A DNA stretch of 63,972 nt, filler included, from Anaerolineae bacterium (lineage in GTDB: Bacteria; Chloroflexota; Anaerolineae; B4-G1; DUEL01): NCBI GenBank assembly GCA_041082215.1. It is 8 parts of 7 records of this genome, joined end to end, with 100 filler letters (N's around TTAATTAATTAA, not from the genome) between each part and the next. Parts side by side here need not be neighbours in the genome. Positions count along the whole stretch, not along the records: positions 11,393 to 39,042 come from JBDOIF010000055.1; positions 39,143 to 44,046 come from JBDOIF010000089.1; 6 more parts are not named here. One strand, written 5' to 3'. The position numbers were made by a program, and so were the translations under genes. Under the pieces are notes generated by a model. It saw only the letters and a list, made by a program, of their open reading frames with translations, did not search any database and had not been told where the DNA came from. The stretch's first letter is position 1. Every line of letters starts with the position of its first letter. Positions 31,812 to 41,000 of the stretch are shown here, piece after piece.

Positions 31812-32540
31812 ATGAAAGGTAAGGGCACTCCCAAACGGCCGGATGGACGTCGGCCAGACGAGCTTCGCCCGGTCCGCTTCCTCCTGGATTACATCGAGTA
31901 TCCCGAGGGGTCGGTGCTGGTCGAGTTGGGCCGCACCCGGGTGCTCTGCAATCTGAGCCTGGAGGAGCGGGTGCCGGTCTGGCGGGCCGGCTCCGGCTGT
32001 GGCTGGCTGACTGCTGAGTATAGCCTGCTCCCCCGCTCCACCCACACCCGTACCCCCCGCGAGGAGCGGGGGCCGGGCGGCCGCACCCAGGAGATCCGCC
32101 GCTTCATCGGCCGCTCCCTGCGGGCAGCGGTGGACCTGGAACGGCTGGGGGAACGGACCCTGATCCTGGATTGCGATGTCCTTCAGGCCGACGGCGGCAC
32201 CCGCACCGCGGCCGTCACCGGCGGGTACGTGGCTCTGGCACTGGCGATGCGTCGGCTGAGCCAGCAGGGGCTCCTCCCGCCCGATCTGCTTCGCTTCCCT
32301 GTCGCCGCTGTGAGCGTGGGGGTCGTCCACGGTCAGGTGCGGCTCGACCTCTGTTATGAGGAAGACGGCGAGGCAGAGGTGGACCTGAATGTGGTGATGA
32401 CGGCAGATGGGCGGTTCGTGGAGGTCCAGGGCACGGCCGAAGGGGGGCCTTTCCTCCCTTCCACGTTGACGGAGATGCTCGCTCTGGCGGACCGGGGGAT
32501 CCGGCAGCTCATTCGGCTCCAACTGGAGGCGCTCTCGTGA
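31812..32540 (+). CDS. rph: Ribonuclease PH
   Basis: RPDGRRPDELRPV, GWLTAEYSLLPRST, GRTQEIRRFIGRSLR, CDVLQADGGTRTAA, EVQGTAE. Confidence 0.96.
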   Translation: MKGKGTPKRPDGRRPDELRPVRFLLDYIEYPEGSVLVELGRTRVLCNLSLEERVPVWRAGSGCGWLTAEYSLLPRSTHTRTPREERGPGGRTQEIRRFIGRSLRAAVDLERLGERTLILDCDVLQADGGTRTAAVTGGYVALALAMRRLSQQGLLPPDLLRFPVAAVSVGVVHGQVRLDLCYEEDGEAEVDLNVVMTADGRFVEVQGTAEGGPFLPSTLTEMLALADRGIRQLIRLQLEALS

Positions 32541-33952
32541 GCCGGTCCGGCTTCACCCCTCGCCAGCGGCTGGTACTGGCCCTGATGGCGACGGCGGTCG
32601 TCGCGGTCTTCGGGCTGCTGGGCTACACTGTGGCCGCTACACTCCGGCATCCGCCCGTCCCCCCGCCGGCTGCGCCTCCCCTCTCCCCCTCGGCTACCCC
32701 TCCACAGCCGACGGAGACACCCCCTCCCTCTCCCACCCCGTCTCCCCTCCCCCCGACCCCCACCCGCCCCGTGCCTCTCTCCCAGATACAGAGCGCCCGG
32801 GCGGTGCGGGAGGTGGGGCGTATCCTTGCCGGGGTGCGGGAGCTGCCGCCGGTGGAACAGATGCCGGTCACCTTCCCCACCGAGCATGAGGTGGCGATCT
32901 TCCTTCTCCGGGCGTACCAGGAGAAGCGGCCTCAGGAGGCGCTTCCTCTTTACGCCGCCCTGGGGTTGATCCCCCCGCTCGACCCCCTTCCTCTGCCGGA
33001 TGTGGCGGCGCAGGCGGCGCAGGTATCCGCCCTCTACCTCCCTGCAGGCCAGCAGATCATGCTGGTGGCGGGACGGGGGCCAGCAAGCCCCGAGGATGAG
33101 CTGGGACTGGCCCACGCCCTGGCCCATGCGTTTCAGGACCAGGCCTTCGATGTCGAGGGCCTCTCTCCCTGTCGGCCCACGACGGACGCCGCGCTGGCGT
33201 TGAGGGCACTGGTGGAAGGGGATGCGGTGCTGACCACTGCCGCCTATGCGGGGGTGGCGTCGGATCCGGGGGAGGTGGAGCGATTGGGCCGGATGGCGGC
33301 CGGAGCCGAGGAGCCGACATATGCCGCCCTCGTCGGGGAGGCAGCCTACGAGCGGCTGCGGGCCTTTCCTTACGCCGACGGAGCCCGGCTCATCGCTGCC
33401 CTCTACGCCGGAGGAGGCTGGCAGGCGGTGAACCAGGCCTACGCTCGACTCCCCTGTTCGACCGAGCAGGTCCTTCACCCGGAGAAGTACGTGGGCCGGG
33501 AGCCGGTCCAGGAGATCGCTCTGCCGGACCTGGGGCCGGTCCTGGGGGAGGGGTGGGTTCAGGTGAAGCGGGATACGCTGGGGGAGTTGTTGATCGGCCT
33601 CCATCTGGCGGCTTATCTGGAGGACGAGGGGTTGGCGTGGGGGGCGGCGGACGGCTGGGCGGGGGATATCTTTGCCCTCTGGCAGAGCGAGGCGGGGGAG
33701 CAGCTCCTGGTCTGGCGGACGGCGTGGGACAACCGGGAGGAGGCGGAGGTGTTTGAACGGAGCTACGGGCTGTTGGTCCCCCGTTTCCGCACGCCTCCCC
33801 TCATCAGTGTGGAGCCTCCCTTTGACCTGCCGGGCCGCTTCTGGGAGGGGCCAGCAGGGGCGGCCTATGTGGTCCGTGCCGGTCGGGTCGTCTCGGTGGT
33901 CTGGGGGCCGAATAGGGAGAGGGTGACGGCGGTGGCGATGGCGTTGCCGTGA
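32537..33952 (+). CDS. Membrane-anchored Pro-rich protein with a degenerate zincin-like motif
   Basis: N-terminal TM, Pro/Thr linker, LAHALAHAFQDQ...ALVEGDA, FPYADG, STEQVLHPEKY. Confidence 0.7.
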   Translation: MSRSGFTPRQRLVLALMATAVVAVFGLLGYTVAATLRHPPVPPPAAPPLSPSATPPQPTETPPPSPTPSPLPPTPTRPVPLSQIQSARAVREVGRILAGVRELPPVEQMPVTFPTEHEVAIFLLRAYQEKRPQEALPLYAALGLIPPLDPLPLPDVAAQAAQVSALYLPAGQQIMLVAGRGPASPEDELGLAHALAHAFQDQAFDVEGLSPCRPTTDAALALRALVEGDAVLTTAAYAGVASDPGEVERLGRMAAGAEEPTYAALVGEAAYERLRAFPYADGARLIAALYAGGGWQAVNQAYARLPCSTEQVLHPEKYVGREPVQEIALPDLGPVLGEGWVQVKRDTLGELLIGLHLAAYLEDEGLAWGAADGWAGDIFALWQSEAGEQLLVWRTAWDNREEAEVFERSYGLLVPRFRTPPLISVEPPFDLPGRFWEGPAGAAYVVRAGRVVSVVWGPNRERVTAVAMALP

Positions 33953-34017
33953 AATGATCTGGGTGACTGGGTGATTGGGTGATTGAGCCATTGGTCATTG
34001 ATTCAGAGGAGGGAGGT

Positions 34018-34590
34018 ATGGAGCCGAGCCGTGAGGAGGCATGGAAGCTGTTGACGGAGTACACGAGGAACCCCAATCTGGTCAAGCATATGCTGGCGGT
34101 GGAGGCGGGGATGCGGGCCTACGCCCGTCGCTTCGGGGAGGATGAGGAGAGATGGGCCGTGGTGGGGCTGCTGCACGACTTTGATTATGAGCGCTTCCCC
34201 GAGGATCACCCGCTGACCGGCGCCCGCATCCTGCGGGAGCAGGGGTGGCCCGAAGACGTCGTCCGCGCCGTCCTTTCCCACGCGGCGGAGCGCACCGGCG
34301 TGGAGCGGGAGAGCCTGATGGAGAAGGCCCTCTATGCAGTGGACGACCTGACGGGGTTGATCGTCGCCGTGGCGCTGGTGCGGCCTTCCAGGGACATCCG
34401 CGATGTGGAGGTCCAGAGCGTGAAGAAGAAGTGGAAGGACCGGGCGTTTGCGGCTGGCGCGCATCGGGAGGCGATCGAGGAGGGGGCGGCGATGCTGGGC
34501 GTTGACCTCTGGGAGCACGTCGGCGTGGTGCTGGAGGCGATGCAGGGGATCGCCGCCGAGCTGGAGCTGGACGGGCGGCTGGCGAAGTAG
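34018..34590 (+). CDS. HD (HDIG) domain metal-dependent phosphohydrolase
   Basis: KHMLAVE...GLLHDFDYE...HP...SHA...AVDDLTG. Confidence 0.88.
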   Translation: MEPSREEAWKLLTEYTRNPNLVKHMLAVEAGMRAYARRFGEDEERWAVVGLLHDFDYERFPEDHPLTGARILREQGWPEDVVRAVLSHAAERTGVERESLMEKALYAVDDLTGLIVAVALVRPSRDIRDVEVQSVKKKWKDRAFAAGAHREAIEEGAAMLGVDLWEHVGVVLEAMQGIAAELELDGRLAK

Positions 34591-35742
34591 ATGAGTGAAG
34601 AGCCCACCATTCCGATTCCCACGGAGGAGCCTCGATATTGCCCCCATTGCGGCGTGCGGGTGGCGGCCCGGGCGACCACCTGCCTGATGTGCGGGGCGTC
34701 GCTGGAGGAGGAGCCGGAGGAGGCGAAGGCCCCGTCCCGCCGTTCCCACTGGCTGTTCTGGGTGGTGGCCGTCCTCGTCGCGGGGCTGGTGCTGGGGCTG
34801 GGGGGGCTGGTCCTGCGTCCCTATCTGCTGCCCCCGCCCGCCACCCCTACCTCCACCGCCTCTCCCACTTCGACTCCCTCCCCCACGTCCACCCCATCGC
34901 CGACCCTCACGCCGTCCCCCACGCTGACGCCCACTCCACTCCCCCCCCGGGCGCACCAGGTCCAGTCGGGGGAGACGCTGGCGGTGATCGCCGCGCAGTA
35001 TGATACGACGGTGGAGGAGATCCTGGCGCTGAACCCGGGAATCACGCCGGAGCTTCTGCAGGTGGGGCAGGTTCTGCTGATCCCGCCAGCCGTCCCGGCG
35101 CCGGAGCTGGCGGCCGCTCCGTCTCCGGAACCATCCCCCACCGCCCCTGGCGATTTCATCGTCCACGTCGTCGCGCCCGGGGAGACGCTGCTCACCATCG
35201 CGGAGAAGTACAGCGTCACCGTGGCCCTGCTGCGGGCAGCCAATCCGGAGATCCCCCCCGGCTCGGATGTGATCCGGGTCAACCAGACGCTGATCGTCCC
35301 GCTGGGGACGCCGATGCCGACCCCGACGGCGACGCCGAACCCGGAGGCGACGCCGACGCCGCTGCCGTTCTATCCGCCGCCGCCGCTCCTGAGCCCATCG
35401 GATGGAGCGGTGTTCGGCGGGCCGGATGCGGCCATTCTCCTTCAGTGGGCGTCGGTGGGGGTGCTCCGGCCGGGGGAGTGGTACGAGCTGCGGCTGGCCC
35501 GTCCGGGGATGGAGCTGGTGGTGGAACGGACGCAGGCGACTGCCTACCGGGTGCCGGCAGAGCTGTATCCGCCGCCGGACGCCACGGTGCGGACGTTCCG
35601 CTGGCGGGTGCTGGTCGTGCGGCAGGTGCGCGGGACCGGGTTGTACGAGGTGGCTTCGGAGTTGGGGCCGGTGCGCACCTTCCTCTGGCTGGAGGCCCTG
35701 CCGACGCCGACCCCCAGCCCTTCCCCCGGCGCGACGCCGTAG
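34591..35742 (+). CDS. Zinc-ribbon / TM / two-LysM peptidoglycan-binding protein
   Basis: CPHCG...CLMCG, a TM helix, and LysM repeats HQVQSGETL...LQVGQVLLIP and HVVAPGETL...NQTLIVP. Confidence 0.88.
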   Translation: MSEEPTIPIPTEEPRYCPHCGVRVAARATTCLMCGASLEEEPEEAKAPSRRSHWLFWVVAVLVAGLVLGLGGLVLRPYLLPPPATPTSTASPTSTPSPTSTPSPTLTPSPTLTPTPLPPRAHQVQSGETLAVIAAQYDTTVEEILALNPGITPELLQVGQVLLIPPAVPAPELAAAPSPEPSPTAPGDFIVHVVAPGETLLTIAEKYSVTVALLRAANPEIPPGSDVIRVNQTLIVPLGTPMPTPTATPNPEATPTPLPFYPPPPLLSPSDGAVFGGPDAAILLQWASVGVLRPGEWYELRLARPGMELVVERTQATAYRVPAELYPPPDATVRTFRWRVLVVRQVRGTGLYEVASELGPVRTFLWLEALPTPTPSPSPGATP

Positions 35743-36081
35743 CGCCCTGCGGCGCCGGCTGGAGGTCTGTAACTCAACTGTAACGCATAGCCTGGAAAAG
35801 GCATGGTATAGTATTCAAAAATTCAGGACCTGTGCAGTCGGATCTTTTCTCGCCACGGAGGGACAGAGGACACGGAGTCCCCCAGAAAATTCTGAGGTTT
35901 CCCGCTGCTTTCCTGTGCCCTCTGGGTCTCTGTGGTTATTCTCCCGTCGCGGGCATGTAACTGCTGACGTGGGAGGTGGAACGGTAACGAAAGGGGGTGT
36001 CTGGGGGGAGCAGGGTATGCACGATAGTTTGTAGCAAGTGACGGGTTGGCTGGTGATCCATTCAGAAAGGAGTAAGGAAAA

Positions 36082-37095
36082 ATGAAGTATCGAACTTTGG
36101 GGCTGGTCGTGGCCCTTCTTGCGGTTTCGACCCTTGCTTGCAGTCTGTTCGGTGGGGGGGAGACGCCGCCCCCCATACAACCCCCTACCCCGGAAGTGCC
36201 CCCTACTTCTGCCCCCACAGAGCCGCCCCCCACTTCGGCACCCACACAGCCGCCGACACCTGAATCCCCGGCGGGAGGGGGAACAGCCACGGTCGTCCTG
36301 GTCAACAACACGGACGCCGATGTCTGCTATGTCTACATTTCTCCGGTGGAGAGTGACGATTGGGGGGAGGACTGGTTGGGAGCGGAGGAGGTGGTGGGGA
36401 GCCGTGAGAGTCGGGAGTTCACCGTCCCTGCTGGCAACTATGACATGCGGGCCGACGACTGCGGCCATTATACGCTCGATCAGCGGATGGGTGTGGCCGT
36501 AAGCGGGCGGACAGAGTGGGTCATTGGAGGGATGCCCGAATCTGTCCTCCTTCAGGATGACTTCAGCGATCCCAACTCCGGCTGGGAGGTGGGCAACTAC
36601 GACACCGGCAGCGTGGGGTACGCCCAGGGGACCTACTCCGTCGTCTCCTACGGGGACTCCAATATGATGTGGGGGCTGGCCTACCGGAACTTCACCGACG
36701 TCATCATCGAGGTGGACGCCACTCAGGTCTCCGCCCCGTCGAACAACAACAACGCCTACGGGGTGATGTGCCGGGTGCAGGAGGACGACGACGGGTACGT
36801 GCTGCGGATCAGTGGGGACGGGTACTACGCCATCCATCGGACGGTGGACGGACATTTCGAGCCGCTGGTGGACTGGACGACGTCTTCGGTGATCCGGCAG
36901 GGGAACGCGACCAATCACATCCGGGTGGTGTGTGACGGGAGCTACCTGGCGCTGTTTGCCAACGGGGAGCTATTGGCGGAGGCGCAGGACACGACCTATG
37001 CGGAGGGGGACATCGCCCTGACGGCGACCTCTTTTGAGAGCACGTCTACCGAGGTCCACTTCGACAACCTGGTGGTGACCGCGACCACGCCGTAG
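36082..37095 (+). CDS. Lipoprotein with a C-terminal beta-sandwich (LamG/DUF1080-like) domain
   Basis: Lipobox TLAC, Pro-rich linker, LLQDDFSD...FTDVIIEVDA...NHIRVVC...LFANG...FDNL. Confidence 0.75.
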   Translation: MKYRTLGLVVALLAVSTLACSLFGGGETPPPIQPPTPEVPPTSAPTEPPPTSAPTQPPTPESPAGGGTATVVLVNNTDADVCYVYISPVESDDWGEDWLGAEEVVGSRESREFTVPAGNYDMRADDCGHYTLDQRMGVAVSGRTEWVIGGMPESVLLQDDFSDPNSGWEVGNYDTGSVGYAQGTYSVVSYGDSNMMWGLAYRNFTDVIIEVDATQVSAPSNNNNAYGVMCRVQEDDDGYVLRISGDGYYAIHRTVDGHFEPLVDWTTSSVIRQGNATNHIRVVCDGSYLALFANGELLAEAQDTTYAEGDIALTATSFESTSTEVHFDNLVVTATTP

Positions 37096-37123
37096 GGGAT
37101 GGGCGCAGGCCTGTAGTGAGGCG

Positions 37124-37154
37124 AGAGCGCAGCGAAGCTGCGCTCTTGCTTTTT
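37124..37154 (+). terminator. Intrinsic terminator after the lipoprotein gene
   Basis: AGAGCGCAGC-GAA-GCTGCGCTCT hairpin followed by TGCTTTTT. Confidence 0.7.
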
Positions 37155-37168
37155 AATGATTTAGGCTA

Positions 37169-37197
37169 TTGACTTTGCGGAGAAATGATAGTATAAT
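37169..37197 (+). promoter_or_regulatory. Sigma70-type promoter
   Basis: TTGACT (37169-37174), 17 nt, TATAAT (37192-37197). Confidence 0.7.
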
Positions 37198-37360
37198 AAA
37201 AGCATAGGAACAAGGACAGCCCGTCTCCAACGTACAGGATCACCGCTAATGCTTCAAAGCACACTCACAGCACAAAGTCTGTGCGGTATATGAATGAGGG
37301 AGACGGGCTTTTTGTATTTTTTGTTGGTTAATCTCCATACTCGGGTTGGGTGGAAGTGAA

Positions 37361-38725
37361 ATGCCGGGTCTTTCTTTGAAAGATCTGCCCGACCGCCTAC
37401 GAGAGAGATTCTCCCTGAGTGCCTACGCGCGTTTCATTCTTCTCTTCACGCTGTTCAACCTGATGTTCTGTGTTCTGCTCCTCCTATCCATACAAAACGT
37501 GCAGCTTAGGGAGGGCAAACGAAGCCTCGAGGGAGCGCTCAGTACTGTGGAGGCTGTTGCTGCGACGGCGGAACAGCAAATCACGCAACTTCGATCCACT
37601 CTGAATGCGACTCCGGCCCAAATTGGACAGGCACCTACGTCGACAGAGACAAATACTCCTACCCCGCAACCTTCTCCTTTGTCCCCTACCCCTTCTGCTC
37701 CTTCGCCGACAGCTACCTTCAGGACTCCCACGATGGCACCCTTTACTCTTACTCCCACTGCTACACCCTCCTTGCCCACCCCGACTCATACCGCTCTCCC
37801 TACCCCACAGCCGAGTGTGCCGCCACCGTCGCGTCCCACTAACACTTATACGCCGACTCCTACTCCAACTCCTACGCCCACGTCAACTCCGACCCTTCCG
37901 CCACCTCAAGTCTTCTCGATCTTTCCCCCTTCATCGGAGACGGGAAGTCTGGTCTCGCCTGTCGAAGTGTGGGGTTGGGGGTTTCAGACTGGCGCGGACG
38001 CTCAAATAAGCAATGGGATTAACACCATTAGCCTGCAGCCGTGCACCGTTGTCAGCCCCACCCTGGTCACGGGGACCCTCGATCTCTCCACCGCTGCCGG
38101 TGGTCCGTGGGACGTCGTGGTTACCAATCCGGATACTCAGTCTGGCATGGCTTCGAATGCTTTTACTGTGACTATCCCCATCACGTATGCTTATGGAGTA
38201 ACGGCTAACTGCTCTGCAGAGGTCTCCGGTTGTTCAGAAGTTACTGGCGCACCCGATGGAAACCAGGCAGACATTTCCCCTGGAGGAGTCATCACCCTGG
38301 ACCTGGGGGTGGGAAATGGCATTCGGGATGGGAGAGGCTACGATCTGGTCTTTTATGAATGGTGGAATACCGACCCTCCTCCAACCGGAAGTATTTACTT
38401 GGATTGGATTGTCATAGAGCTATCAGAGGATTTGAACATTTGGTATGAGGTTTTTAACTGGGGAGATGGGTATCGGTCCCCTATGGACGACTTCACGAAC
38501 ATTGCCAATTTCAGTAATGATAGCGATGGAGAGGTGGATAATGAGCGGATTCTCGCGGATTTGCTTTATGGTAATCCTCCTACTCCTCCTTATCCCACCG
38601 GTATCCTGATAGACATCGCTTTTCTGGGCGGTCGCCCCGATGCTTCGTATCGGTATGTTCGCCTTCGCTGTCCAGATGGGGGCGATGATCCAGCTCAGGT
38701 GGATGGTGTTGAGAGGCTTCATTAA
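37361..38725 (+). CDS. Membrane-anchored Pro/Thr-rich protein with an Ig-like (IPT/TIG) domain and an acidic C-terminal domain
   Basis: TM helix, coiled coil, PTPT linker, PPQVFSIFP...WDVVVTNPD. Visibly lower GC than the neighbouring genes. Confidence 0.7.
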   Translation: MPGLSLKDLPDRLRERFSLSAYARFILLFTLFNLMFCVLLLLSIQNVQLREGKRSLEGALSTVEAVAATAEQQITQLRSTLNATPAQIGQAPTSTETNTPTPQPSPLSPTPSAPSPTATFRTPTMAPFTLTPTATPSLPTPTHTALPTPQPSVPPPSRPTNTYTPTPTPTPTPTSTPTLPPPQVFSIFPPSSETGSLVSPVEVWGWGFQTGADAQISNGINTISLQPCTVVSPTLVTGTLDLSTAAGGPWDVVVTNPDTQSGMASNAFTVTIPITYAYGVTANCSAEVSGCSEVTGAPDGNQADISPGGVITLDLGVGNGIRDGRGYDLVFYEWWNTDPPPTGSIYLDWIVIELSEDLNIWYEVFNWGDGYRSPMDDFTNIANFSNDSDGEVDNERILADLLYGNPPTPPYPTGILIDIAFLGGRPDASYRYVRLRCPDGGDDPAQVDGVERLH

Positions 38726-38763
38726 GCTCCGTCATGGGGTGACTTTCAGAGGCGGGGGAAGAA

Positions 38764-39042
38764 ATGGACAACGTAAGAAACCCCTTTTGCCTGGCCCCTG
38801 TTACCCAGCGTGAACAGTTCTTTGGCCGCCAGAAGGAAGTCCGAAGGACGCTTAGCTTGCTGAACCAGATGCAGTGTGTCTCTGTCATCGGGCCAAAGGG
38901 GATCGGCAAGACTTCCTTTCTCAACTACCTGGCTCACCCATTTACTCGCTCCACCTGCGGTCTGGCAGAGGAGCACGTCTTCGTCCTTCTCGATGGAAGG
39001 AGACTCGCAGGGCGCCAGCCTGATGAGTGCTTCCTGCACATG
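38764..39042 (+). CDS. STAND/AAA-type P-loop ATPase N-terminus, truncated at contig end
   Basis: NPF...FFGRQKEV...SVIGPKGIGKTSFL. Confidence 0.75.
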
Positions 39043-39217
39043 NNNNNNNNNNNNNNNNNNNNNNNNNNNNNNNNNNNNNNNNNNNNTTAATTAATTAANN
39101 NNNNNNNNNNNNNNNNNNNNNNNNNNNNNNNNNNNNNNNNNNAGGGGTGAGGGCAGTAATAGGGCGGCTCTGCCAGCCGCCCCCGGCTGGTAGTGAGCGA
39201 CGGAGCGAAGAGACTCC

Positions 39218-40273
39218 TTGAGAACTTATGCATATCTCTATCCCCAGGTCTGTGCCTGGGAGAATCTCTATCTGGCCTGGCGCAAGGCGCGTAAGGGGAA
39301 GCGGGGCCGGGAACCAGCCGCGACCTTCGAGTTCGACCTGGAGGCCAATCTGCTCCGTCTTCAGCAGGAGTTAGAGACAAAGACCTACCAGCCCGGCCCT
39401 TACCGCTCCTTCTACATTCACGACCCCAAGCGCCGCCTCATCTCCGCCGCCCCCTTCCGCGACCGTGTCGTCCATCACGCCCTCTGCAATGTTATCGAGC
39501 CTCTCTTTGAGCGCCGCTTCATCTTCGATTCCTACGCCAACCGGGAGGGCAGGGGCACCCACCGGGCGCTGGACCGCTGCCAGAAATTCGCCCGCCGCTT
39601 CCCCTACGTCCTCCAGTGCGACGTCCGCCAGTTCTTCCCGTCCATTGACCACGCAATACTCAAGGAGATTCTCGGTCGGGTCATCGCCGACCCGGATGTG
39701 ATGTGGCTGGTGGACCGCATTCTGGAAAGCGGTGAGGGGGTGCTCAGCGAAGAATACCAGATGGTCTACTTCCCCGGCGACGACCTCTTCGCCGTCAACC
39801 GTCCGCGGGGGTTGCCCATCGGCAACCTGACCAGCCAGTTCTGGGCCAACTGCTACCTGGACCCCTTCGACCACTTCGTGAAGCGGGAGCTGCGCTGCAA
39901 GGGGTACCTGCGGTACGTGGACGACTTCCTGCTCTTTGCCGACGATCAGCGCGTGTTGTGGGCCTGGCGGGAGGCGGTGATCGAACGCCTGGCCCGGCTG
40001 CGGCTGACGATCCACGAGGAGCGGGCGCATCCTTACCCTGTAACCGAGGGTATCCCCTTCCTGGGCTTCGTGATCTATCCCAACCATCGGCGGTTGAAAC
40101 GGCGGAACGTGGTCAATTACCGGCGGCGGCTGCGCTGCCTTCTGGCGGCCTACGCCGCCGCCGCAATCCCCCTTGACCGGGTGGATGCCTCCATCCAGGG
40201 CTGGATCAACCACGCCCGCTATGGCGATACCTGGGGGCTCCGCCGGGCTGTGCTGGAACCAGTGGTCTTGTAG
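39218..40273 (+). CDS. DGR reverse transcriptase
   Basis: [76 protein letters not shown]. 351 aa with no endonuclease extension. TTG start. Confidence 0.95.
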   Translation: MRTYAYLYPQVCAWENLYLAWRKARKGKRGREPAATFEFDLEANLLRLQQELETKTYQPGPYRSFYIHDPKRRLISAAPFRDRVVHHALCNVIEPLFERRFIFDSYANREGRGTHRALDRCQKFARRFPYVLQCDVRQFFPSIDHAILKEILGRVIADPDVMWLVDRILESGEGVLSEEYQMVYFPGDDLFAVNRPRGLPIGNLTSQFWANCYLDPFDHFVKRELRCKGYLRYVDDFLLFADDQRVLWAWREAVIERLARLRLTIHEERAHPYPVTEGIPFLGFVIYPNHRRLKRRNVVNYRRRLRCLLAAYAAAAIPLDRVDASIQGWINHARYGDTWGLRRAVLEPVVL

Positions 40274-40291
40274 ACGAAAGGAGACAGTGCG

Positions 40292-40639
40292 ATGCAACAA
40301 TCTCCCATCTTCGCCCGGACGCATGACCTGCTCCTCTGGCTCATCCCCCGCACGACCCAATTCCCCCGCGAACAGCGGTTCGTGCTGGGCAAGGCGGTCC
40401 AGGAGACGGCGCTCCGGTTTCAGGAGGCGCTGATCGAGGCAGCGATGACCCGCGGCCGGGAGCAGCAGAGGGCGCTGGCCCGCGCCGACCTGGACCTGAC
40501 CAAACTTCGCTTTTATCTCCGGTTGTGCCAGGACCTGCAACTGATCACCCTGCGCCAGTACCGCCACGTGGCAGAGATGATGGCAGAGGTCGGTCGCCTG
40601 CTGGGCGGCTGGCGCAGTAAGGTCTCCGGAGCGGCGTGA
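40292..40639 (+). CDS. avd: DGR accessory variability determinant (four-helix bundle)
   Basis: 115 aa, basic. FPREQRFVLG...LRFYLRLCQDLQLIT..QY...EVGRLLGGW. Sits between the RT and the TR. Confidence 0.92.
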   Translation: MQQSPIFARTHDLLLWLIPRTTQFPREQRFVLGKAVQETALRFQEALIEAAMTRGREQQRALARADLDLTKLRFYLRLCQDLQLITLRQYRHVAEMMAEVGRLLGGWRSKVSGAA

Positions 40640-40681
40640 CGGGTGCCGGACACCCTTAGCGCGGGGGCAGGCCGAAGGAGA

Positions 40682-40803
40682 CGCGCGTTGTGCGTGGCGG
40701 CTCGTGGAACAACCATCAGGAGAACGCCCGTTGCGCGGAGCGCAACAGGAACAACCCGGACAACTCGAACAACAACATCGGTTTTCGGTGCGTCTCCCAC
40801 GAC
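40682..40803 (+). repeat. DGR template repeat (TR)
   Basis: Intergenic, AAC-rich (10 AAC triplets, 29 A). Matches 43861-43982 at every non-A position. Confidence 0.96.
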
Positions 40804-41000
40804 TTTCCGCACTGCCGGCAATGCCACGGGTCGCGCGGCGGCGCTGCCGGCCGCGTGGACGCGGGCCGAGGCCTGAGAGAGACGGCGCGGCCTGTCCCTG
40901 GCCGACGCTTGCATGAAGCGTCGGGCGAATATAAAATGGCCCTGCCGCCGGCAGGCAACGCCCGCGGCAGGGCCGGCCCTTTCCTCTCGGGAGGTATGCG

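Noticed and set aside
39218..40273. RT as a group II intron maturase, retron or CRISPR-associated RT
   Set aside because: It is short, has the IGNLTSQ motif, is adjacent to Avd and a TR/VR pair, and no intron domain V or cas genes are visible.
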